Assembly (NCBI GenBank): GCA_900317295.1
Contig: ONGB01000005.1
Location: 340 to 64,339, forward strand
Length of the DNA: 64,000 bases
Direction: 5' to 3'
Origin: an uncultured Erysipelotrichaceae bacterium
Lineage (GTDB): Bacteria > Bacillota_I > Bacilli_A > RFN20 > CAG-826
Translations under genes and position numbers: made by a program
Shown: positions 8,316 through 15,497 of the stretch, piece after piece
How positions within the stretch are numbered: position 1 is the stretch's first letter
How the letters are laid out: every line of letters starts with the position of its first letter
Notes under the pieces: generated by a model
What the model saw: only the letters and a program-made list of their open reading frames with translations
The model's database searches: none
Told to the model about the DNA's origin: nothing

Positions 8316-9228
8316 CGTCAAGCTCGTCTTCTTCCGCGCGAGGAAAAGCGCGTTCTATTGGGCCTCCGTTGCCGTTTTCGGCGTGCTCGGTATCGTCTCC
8401 GCGGCTCTTTCCGCCTCCTCCTTCAAGGGGAGCGGGTGCCTGGCCCATCTATTGCTTCTTCCTTTGGGGATGGTTCCCTTCTCCAGCGAGAGCATCTTCT
8501 CCTCGGCCTTCCTCCCGCCCTTCCCCTTCTTCCTCCTCTCGATCGGCTTCGCCTCGGTCTTCTGCGGGGAGGAGTACCGCCTCGGCACGATCAAAAGCCA
8601 AGCCCTAAGTGGCAAAAGCAGGGCAAGGGTCTTCCTCTCGATGCTTCTTGCAGCCCTGTTGCTCGCCCTTAGCCTCGTCGTCGCCTTCCAATTATTCGCC
8701 AGCCTGTTCTCCCTGTTCCTCGGCGTGCCTTTCTACCCCGAGGAGGGAATCCTGCTCGGGAACGGCGGAATGAACCCGTCTACCTTGGGAAGGGGCCTAT
8801 GGCTCTCTGCGTTCCTGGAGAGCTATGGGGTCATCTTGCTCGCCTACCTCTCTTGCTTCTGCGCCTGCTTCGCCTTCGCCTCAATCGCGAAAAACGGATG
8901 GATGGGGGTGGTCTTCGGCGCGATCTTGTTCGTGGCCATGTTCGCCATAGGCATGGCGTTCTTCTCCTCCGCGAGCGCAAGCCTATCGCCCGACGGTGCG
9001 AAGCCCGCCCCGGCGATGGCGGAGCTATGGCTTCCCCATTTCTGGCTGCGCTGCTTCTATGCGCTGGGGCAGAACTGCGTCTATGAGTTCCTCGGCGGGG
9101 GTGATTTCGCGACGCGCCACGACCTCCACGGCTTTCTCGTTTTGGCGGCGACCTTAGAACCCGCCTTGCTCTTGGTTTCTTCGCTGGCTTTCGGCGCCAT
9201 GGCATTCCAAAAAGTCGACCTTAGGTAG
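8308..9228 (+). CDS. ABC-2-type transporter permease
   Basis: 306-aa polytopic hydrophobic ORF that overlaps the ATPase stop by 8 nt. Confidence 0.75.
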   Translation: MNSVKLVFFRARKSAFYWASVAVFGVLGIVSAALSASSFKGSGCLAHLLLLPLGMVPFSSESIFSSAFLPPFPFFLLSIGFASVFCGEEYRLGTIKSQALSGKSRARVFLSMLLAALLLALSLVVAFQLFASLFSLFLGVPFYPEEGILLGNGGMNPSTLGRGLWLSAFLESYGVILLAYLSCFCACFAFASIAKNGWMGVVFGAILFVAMFAIGMAFFSSASASLSPDGAKPAPAMAELWLPHFWLRCFYALGQNCVYEFLGGGDFATRHDLHGFLVLAATLEPALLLVSSLAFGAMAFQKVDLR

Positions 9229-9372
9229 GCCACAATACCACCAAAGGCAGACATTTTGTAGAACGCCACCCAATTCTCTAAGCTAAACGCCAAATTATTT
9301 GGACAAGGGGAGCCCCGTTTAGAAAGCCCGTTGCATATAATCTGGCGTTTTGGCCATTTATCGCGACGGGCC

Positions 9373-9406
9373 GTTGCGAAAAAGCGTATGCGCGCTCTTT
9401 CGCAAC
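9373..9406. repeat. strong imperfect hairpin, not followed by a T-run
   Basis: GTTGCGAAA-A-AGCG-TATGCG-CGCT-C-TTTCGCAAC, with 13 paired positions, about 145 nt after the permease stop. Confidence 0.4.
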
Positions 9407-9669
9407 GCGCTCGGCTAATGACATTGGTCCGGGGTCCGGCATCGTCTTTTGCCATGTCGTCTTTCCACCTAGGAATTTGTCTATTCATTATTCTCTTGAA
9501 CGTATGCATCTCATTTGTTTGCACATCTTTTTCGTTTATCAATTCGGGACCAAGATTGGTTTTGGAAAGAACAAATACAGTGTGGTCCTTTCGGACGGTC
9601 TGGCCAACGTTTGCCCTTCAATCGATGATGTGCGTCTTTAGCACCGCCCCATGCTCCCTTTTAATCCTT

Positions 9670-10075
9670 GCTCTTATGTCATTCTCATTTGTACGGTTAC
9701 GTCACGCAAAGAAAGGACAACGAAGACATGAAAGAGAAAAAGAGACTGGGGCACGACGACAGGATCAACCTTCAGGCGCTACATCTACGCACGGGAAGGG
9801 CCGAAACGGGATCCAAAGGTACATGTACCCCTTGGATGCAGAAGGCACTTCACCCCGCTAAAAAGGATGTCAGCAGAAAGCGTGTCGGAAATTTGTATAG
9901 TGCGCCGAAAGAAAAGTTCGGAAATTCGTTCGGTAATCGTGCGGTGATTTTCCCCAAAATATAAGAAAACGCCGAACTAGTCGACGTTTTTGGGAACAAT
10001 GAAGCGCGATGCGGGGAGTTAGATTACCACCGAATGTTTCTTCGGCGACATCTTCATAATCCCCATTTTTATCGC
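9670..10075 (+). mobile_element. miniature internally deleted IS30-family derivative (5' and 3' gene ends fused)
   Basis: 9704-9777 repeats 1862-1936 (ACGCAAAGAAAGGACAA...CTGGGGCACGACGACAGGATCAACCT). The ORF 9668..9964 joins MKEKKRLGHDDRINLQA to an IS30-like C-terminal tail, SRKRVGNLYSAPKEKF. The downstream part matches 5680-5885. Confidence 0.45.
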
Positions 10076-10107
10076 CCACTTTAAATTTTGCCTAACGTAT
10101 GGCGGGG

Positions 10108-10141
10108 AACAAAAAGGAAACAGAAGCATCCCGATGTTTCC
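10108..10141 (-). terminator. rho-independent terminator of the ATPase-TOPRIM-helicase operon
   Basis: Minus strand: GGAAACA-TCGGGATGCTTC-TGTTTCC followed by TTTTTGTT, 16 nt after the stop at 10157. Confidence 0.6.
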
Positions 10142-10156
10142 GCGATGGCAATCGAG

Positions 10157-10513
10157 TTAAGCGTCTTTTGAAACAAGCCCGGATTTAATAAAAGATTCTA
10201 ACAAATGATAGTCGTTGTTCGGCTGGGGAACCAGTTGCTCAAGCACATTAACTTCGGTTTCGGGGGACCAGTATATGGAGACATCTTTTTTTGCTCTGGT
10301 TATCGCGGTATAAAAGACGTTTTTTGTGATGAAATCAACCATGTTCTTAGAAATGACAATTCCAACATCATCATATTCAAGGCCCTGAGATTTATGAATG
10401 GAGATGGCGTACGCGGTTTGAAACGGGATCTCTTTGACGTGTCCTTGATGGCTGCCCCCGCGTCGTTTATTAACGATGACGATCATATAATGCTGGCCGT
10501 TTTCTTGGACCAC
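10157..10513 (-). CDS. SF1 helicase C-terminal segment (UvrD_C_2-like); separated from 10624..12918 by a frame change
   Basis: YAISIHKSQGLEYDDVGIV and FYTAITRAKKDVSIY are SF1 motifs V/VI. This frame stays open upstream to about 10650 (LYVKEFFADRLDESVKGQIDSVTISDDGYEASFKIRLDKPVDGSPNYKV), so it overlaps the end of the upstream ORF. Confidence 0.7.
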   Translation of the reverse strand: MVQENGQHYMIVIVNKRRGGSHQGHVKEIPFQTAYAISIHKSQGLEYDDVGIVISKNMVDFITKNVFYTAITRAKKDVSIYWSPETEVNVLEQLVPQPNNDYHLLESFIKSGLVSKDA

Positions 10514-10623
10514 TTTGTAATTGGGCGATCCGTCGACTGGTTTGTCTAAACGGATTTTAAACGACGCTTCATATCCATCGTCCGAGATGGTAACAGAATC
10601 AATTTGTCCCTTTACGGACTCAT

Positions 10624-12918
10624 CTAATCTGTCTGCAAAAAATTCTTTGACGTAAAGATCACGGGATCGTTTTTCTTAAAGCATCGTTGTCTCCACAAAA
10701 TCACGTTTTCCGGATTGCCGCTTTGAAGAAGCCTGTTTAAGAAATTAATGCCATAAATTCCCTCGTAATTTAAGCAAAGGATAACGTCATGTTTACTTTG
10801 CGAACTCACAATATCTTTACAAAGCGGATGAACAATATGATTCTCTGCCAGTATTGTTCTTATGACCTCTATATCGTGTTCATTTTTAAGGCCACGAACT
10901 CTATTCCAAAGGGTCCGAAGCTGCGGGATGCCCGTACGATAACTATTGGCCAAGTTATAGGCGAAGTCTTCGTAGACAAAATACCCGAACCAACCGCCAT
11001 AGTCCACGGGCTCTAGTTGTTCTGGGTCGCCTGCAAAGATGACACCGGCATTAATTGCTATACATTTCCGTAACGCTCGAGTAATATCACGATTCGAGAT
11101 GACGGAGCATTCATCGAATATCACCCATTTCGTATCTGGTTTTGGGTTTTTGCAAAGAAAGGTTTTTAATGACCAACAATTTGTATTGGCCCTTTTTCGC
11201 AATGTGTCAGAAAGACGACCAAGTGCCGCGTTTGCGTTTGCGACGAAACATACGCGGTCGTCTTTCATCATCTCGCAGAACAATTCGATGGTCTTTGATT
11301 TGCCGGTCCCAGCAGGACCATGAAGTAAAGCGACTTTTGAAGAAACAAAAGCTTTTTTTAAGAAAGCCCGTTTAGCAGGATCATCAATCGTTGCGGTTTT
11401 TAAGAAAAGATCGGCTTTTTGTGGGTAATCCAAAACACCCTGCTTTCGAAGCTGTTGGACGTGTTCGCGTATCTCTAGGATTGATTGGACCTTGTCTACG
11501 GAATAAAGATATTGGCCTGCAATCCCAATTCTCAAAGATTTCACTGCGTTTGAAATAGTGTCGTTGTAACGATTGACTAGCATTGCAATCTCTTCGGTTT
11601 TTGCCTTTTCATCCTCCCCTGAGCACAAGAAGAAAAAGTTTTGTACGGGAATGAAGAGTTGTTTGCTATACGCAGGGTGGCGATGTAAGCGCATCGGGAT
11701 TTCTGCTTCGGGCTTTTTGTCTAAGAGGTTAGCACGAACCATCATTGGAATTGATGTAATCGAATCCGGCAAACATGCCACTAAAGGCTGTTGCTCAAAT
11801 GTGTAGCACTTTGTCCAGAAAAAAGAGTCTCCATAGCGTTTGCCATCTTCTGGGGCTCGGCATGATTTGACGGTGCTTTCGCGCATAGAACAAAGCAAAT
11901 AACGAAGCGTCCGCCGAAACGGGAACCCTGAATTCGGCTCGATTAATCTCTTCAGGTCTGAAAGAATTAGGTAGAGTTCGTTCTTTGGGTTGTTTCCAGT
12001 TATCAGGTCGAGCGCTTTTTCAAATTTTTCGTTTTCCAGAAGGTCCAAAACCATCCACGCTTTATCGGTTAACAAGCGCATCAAGTTACCATATGCCACC
12101 CCTTCGCCTTGTATGATGTGGCGCAGGCCAGATAACGCAGCTATATTGTTTAGTATCTTGTATGGTATGGCCACCACATAATCCAAGATGACCATAACGT
12201 TAATTTGAATGCCTAAGCACACGATGTCGACGTTTTTGTATTCTGTCACTCGAATAGGATACGGAGTTTTTATTTCTTTGATAGAAAAGGCGAGAAAGGA
12301 TGTATGTTTAGAGGCTTCTTCGCCGTACACCGCTAAACCGACTTCATAAAACGACATGCCATCAAGGTGCCTGAACGAATGCTTTGTAACTACATATCTC
12401 TCATCATCGTCTGAACGGGAGTTCGCTTCTTTTTTTATTCCCTTAAGCAAACTTGAGTACGTCAATTTGGAGTCTTCGTCCAAATCCAATGGGTAAAACT
12501 GAAAACGCTTGATAATCTCAATTCCAAATTCATCCAAAACAAATTGCTTGATGTCCGGCACATGTCTGGCGATAGGCAAAAATGTGCGCGTTCCTTCATC
12601 GACCTGATAATTGGCGTCGTGATGCGCGGCATTTGACATTTTGTACCATTCATCAATCAGCCTGTATTGTTTGTTGGCGGCACAGTAGTTGATGGCCCGT
12701 TTAGTACACTCCATTCCTATACTGGAATTGAAATCTTCGGGCTTTTCCTTCTCGAAAACCATTTTGGCAATCGTGATAATCAGCGTTCGAAACTCATCTT
12801 TGATTGCCGCAGATACTCGCTCCCGATCCTCGACGCTGTTGATCACATCATCTAGTTGTTTGTCAATGCGATCGCTGGCGCCGATGAGTTCCTGCTTCAG
12901 CGTTTCGGCCGATTTCAT
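10624..12918 (-). CDS. large protein: ~520-aa unknown N-terminal region fused to an SF1 RecD/Dda-like helicase core (AAA_30-like)
   Basis: Walker A LLHGPAGTGKSKT, motif II VIFDECSV, motif III AGVIFAGDPEQLEPV. Nothing recognisable precedes the Walker A motif. The start lies 8 nt after the TOPRIM gene stop. Confidence 0.75.
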   Translation of the reverse strand: MKSAETLKQELIGASDRIDKQLDDVINSVEDRERVSAAIKDEFRTLIITIAKMVFEKEKPEDFNSSIGMECTKRAINYCAANKQYRLIDEWYKMSNAAHHDANYQVDEGTRTFLPIARHVPDIKQFVLDEFGIEIIKRFQFYPLDLDEDSKLTYSSLLKGIKKEANSRSDDDERYVVTKHSFRHLDGMSFYEVGLAVYGEEASKHTSFLAFSIKEIKTPYPIRVTEYKNVDIVCLGIQINVMVILDYVVAIPYKILNNIAALSGLRHIIQGEGVAYGNLMRLLTDKAWMVLDLLENEKFEKALDLITGNNPKNELYLILSDLKRLIEPNSGFPFRRTLRYLLCSMRESTVKSCRAPEDGKRYGDSFFWTKCYTFEQQPLVACLPDSITSIPMMVRANLLDKKPEAEIPMRLHRHPAYSKQLFIPVQNFFFLCSGEDEKAKTEEIAMLVNRYNDTISNAVKSLRIGIAGQYLYSVDKVQSILEIREHVQQLRKQGVLDYPQKADLFLKTATIDDPAKRAFLKKAFVSSKVALLHGPAGTGKSKTIELFCEMMKDDRVCFVANANAALGRLSDTLRKRANTNCWSLKTFLCKNPKPDTKWVIFDECSVISNRDITRALRKCIAINAGVIFAGDPEQLEPVDYGGWFGYFVYEDFAYNLANSYRTGIPQLRTLWNRVRGLKNEHDIEVIRTILAENHIVHPLCKDIVSSQSKHDVILCLNYEGIYGINFLNRLLQSGNPENVILWRQRCFKKNDPVIFTSKNFLQTD

Positions 12919-12926
12919 TTGGAAAT

Positions 12927-13622
12927 TTATTCCTTCCCGCGATATGTATCCACCAGAGCCTTGGCATCCTCGGTCAGGGATTCATAATTATCAAGGAGAA
13001 AATAGACGAGGTTCGACGTCGCCACCAGTGAATTCGTTCCATTTTTAATGTAATTCCAGCTGTCTTGGAATGAATGAGAATGAGATTTTTCCGCCACAAA
13101 GAGAGCACGTACCAAAGCCTCATGATTGTTTTGAGTGTTCTTGTACATTCTAATTGCCGCCGATTTCTTGAAGGCATCTGAGGGGTTTTGATTATTGTCA
13201 AAGACATGGTCGATATTACATGAGTTGTAATAAAGCATGATGTGTCCGCTTGCGAGCAACCTATTTATCGTTTTGGCTTTTTGCCGATGCTCGGCGCGAA
13301 CAGATTGCGGATCCGCTGCTTCAATATGGTCGGAACAATAGACGATATGTCCGTTTCCTTGCTTTATTAGTCCTTCATCGATGAAGCAGCCATCAGTATC
13401 GCAAACCTGCACTATCATGTCGAAATCCGAGAAAACATAGAGTTTGTCTTTGGCAAGGAGGGCCGCGATTTCCCTGTCGGTATCCTCCGCGTAAGTTTTT
13501 GACTTTAAGATGTCGGTTCCAAAAGGAACGATTTCAAGCTTGCCAGGGTCAAAAAGACCCTTCAATGCCGCTAGGCGCTGACGGTCGAAAGGGCCTTCTA
13601 CGAGAAACAGGCATCGCTTCAT
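12927..13622 (-). CDS. small TOPRIM-type protein (RloB/DUF4435, AriB/AbiLii-like)
   Basis: 231 aa. Conserved Glu in the first strand (CLFLVEGPFD, E9) and a DxD motif 66 aa later (VQVCDTDGCF). YYNSCNIDHVF resembles the RloB SNPCFE region. ATGA start/stop overlap with the ATPase gene. Confidence 0.6.
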   Translation of the reverse strand: MKRCLFLVEGPFDRQRLAALKGLFDPGKLEIVPFGTDILKSKTYAEDTDREIAALLAKDKLYVFSDFDMIVQVCDTDGCFIDEGLIKQGNGHIVYCSDHIEAADPQSVRAEHRQKAKTINRLLASGHIMLYYNSCNIDHVFDNNQNPSDAFKKSAAIRMYKNTQNNHEALVRALFVAEKSHSHSFQDSWNYIKNGTNSLVATSNLVYFLLDNYESLTEDAKALVDTYRGKE

Positions 13623-15025
13623 CTGCTTTGCTCCTCCGGCGAAGACAAGCCAGCCACGATATCCTCGGTATTGACCATGTCGAAAAGTTTTGTGCCATCC
13701 TTTAATCCGGTCGCGATATATCTATAGTAAAGGTCGCGAAGGTTGTTGGTCTCGTGCACGTTAGTTATTTGCGTGAAAGCGTTATTGCTGTCCGTTGTCG
13801 AAAAGAAAACATGTTTATGGCTTAGTTTTTCCAAAACACGCATGTTATGCGATGTGAATATTAATTGTCCCATTCCAAAACTGCCAAAGGCATAAACGAG
13901 TTCACCAAGCAAGTATTCAAAGATGCCGCTGTCAAGCTCGTCGACAACCATCGTGCACCCTTCGTGGTTATAAGCATCAATAAACCCAGAAAGGATAGAG
14001 ATAATCTTTTTGATTCCGTTGGATTCGTATTGCAAAGGTACTGGCCCATTGCCTCGATTCGATGCCAGAACGAAATTGATGAAGCTGCTCTCAGGATCCA
14101 TCTTTCGGGGGTCGGGAACCATAACATTGATAATCTCGACTTTATAATTTGGAATGATGGCGGGCATAACCTTGTTTATGCGGTCTAAATTAGTTTTTAA
14201 AACTTCAAACTGAGCCCTTGGTAATTGATTTATCGCAAAAGGAATAAATAGATCCTGGCAAATAAATCGGGAAGGGTCATCCCCTTTTTCTTCCTTGAGG
14301 CGGAGACGAATGCCAACCTGATCGTTTTCGTTAAAATAGCTAATCGAATAAATAGCAAGACGAGATTCCGCGAATGTTTGTAAGTCAACAACCAGATTGT
14401 AATAATCGGGGAATGCCTCTTTGTTGCCTTCTAAGAGTGCTGAAAGATTTTTGCTGAAGACCGATGAATAAACGGCGGTCATGCCTTCGTTCTCATTCCC
14501 CGTGTCATGGACACATACATATTGGTAAATCGCCTGGTCTTTGGCGTCCATCCTCTTGAGGAAGGTAGGGTTAATCTTATCGGGGGCCGTGAACGAGAAA
14601 AGATTGGCCTTCCTTTCACGCTCGGCAAATTTCGTAAAAGAAAGTTTCTCGCTATAGACGCGGACGGACCTATTTTTTGCTCGCCCGATTTCGATTTCGT
14701 AAGTAGCGTAAGAATATGTATCACCGCGGCGCACCAAAAAATCTATCGCGATGGTAAAGGATTCGAAACCAGTTTGAATGTAATCGCAGATGGTGGGGTG
14801 CAATTCCCTGCCCGAAAGCAGAAACTGAATAATGCGCAAAGCTAGCAAAGCAGAAGTTTTTCCGGATCCGTTTTGCCCATAAATCCCCAAAAGCGGGGAT
14901 AGAGAAACATCATCGATAATCCCTTTTTCGACTTTTTTCTTCTCGGAGAAAAAAACTTCTCCAAATCCGATGTTCCGAAAATGAGACAAACGCACCGATT
15001 CTATTCTTACAATGCCAATTTCCAT
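13619..15025 (-). CDS. ABC/SMC-like ATPase of the AAA_15/AAA_21 type (AriA/AbiLi/RloA/OLD-N-like)
   Basis: 468 aa. N-terminal IESVRLSHFRNIG...LLGIYGQNGSGKTSALLAL (Walker A). C-terminal ESNGIKK signature-like motif, Walker B MVVDELDSGI, and H-loop LIFTSHN. Confidence 0.8.
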   Translation of the reverse strand: MEIGIVRIESVRLSHFRNIGFGEVFFSEKKKVEKGIIDDVSLSPLLGIYGQNGSGKTSALLALRIIQFLLSGRELHPTICDYIQTGFESFTIAIDFLVRRGDTYSYATYEIEIGRAKNRSVRVYSEKLSFTKFAERERKANLFSFTAPDKINPTFLKRMDAKDQAIYQYVCVHDTGNENEGMTAVYSSVFSKNLSALLEGNKEAFPDYYNLVVDLQTFAESRLAIYSISYFNENDQVGIRLRLKEEKGDDPSRFICQDLFIPFAINQLPRAQFEVLKTNLDRINKVMPAIIPNYKVEIINVMVPDPRKMDPESSFINFVLASNRGNGPVPLQYESNGIKKIISILSGFIDAYNHEGCTMVVDELDSGIFEYLLGELVYAFGSFGMGQLIFTSHNMRVLEKLSHKHVFFSTTDSNNAFTQITNVHETNNLRDLYYRYIATGLKDGTKLFDMVNTEDIVAGLSSPEEQSR

Positions 15026-15497
15026 ATTGCACTCCTCAGGCCGTTATAGTAGCAGTATTTTGTCAATATTTCAATAAAATGGTATAAAAAATACAAGATT
15101 TTTAAAATATTGTTAGTTAGCAAGTAAATCGCAACATCCGGCCGCGGCCTGTCGCGTTTCTCCCGCGAATTCACTTTTTGCTATCATTTTGATGCCCTTC
15201 AGACGGGGAAGGGAAAGGAAACGAAAGCATATAAAACACCTAAGACACCACGACAGGGTGCTCATCGAGTTCGAGATATCCGAGAGACTAGCGCGCCCGA
15301 AAACATGACCGCAAGAATCAATAGAAGGTTTGTCTTTTTCATTTGTCGTGTCCCTCTAATCCGCCACAAAACTGGCATTGACACTGAAGGTTCCAGCAAA
15401 ACTGCTGGAAGTGCGTCTTACTCGTAAAGAAACCCCTTCTTTCAGTTTTGTTTTAGCACCAAAAAAGAAAACAATCGGCTTATCCTAAAAGGGTTGA

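Noticed and set aside
9081-9861. ORFs 9081..9542 (-) and 9331..9861 (+) in the gap after the ABC permease
   Set aside because: The first overlaps the permease 3' end and uses a TTG start. The second is hydrophobic and low-complexity and runs into the mini-IS. Neither shows a recognisable motif or an RBS. They may be decayed remnants but are not supportable as genes.
1840-10090. Terminal inverted repeats of the IS30-family fragments
   Set aside because: I compared the sequences flanking the 5' and 3' fragments by eye and found no convincing inverted repeat. The element boundaries therefore remain approximate.
15026-15110. Promoter hexamers for the defence-like operon (TTGACA at about 15062-15067 and TATAAC at about 15044-15049, minus strand)
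   Set aside because: The spacing between the best -35 and -10 candidates is only about 12 nt, and the alternatives give about 20 nt. A promoter is likely in this AT-rich region, but I cannot place it.
15262-15342. 26-aa ORF MKKTNLLLILAVMFSGALVSRISRTR with a reasonable RBS
   Set aside because: It looks like an isolated signal peptide, possibly the stump of a truncated secreted-protein gene. It is too short and unsupported to call.
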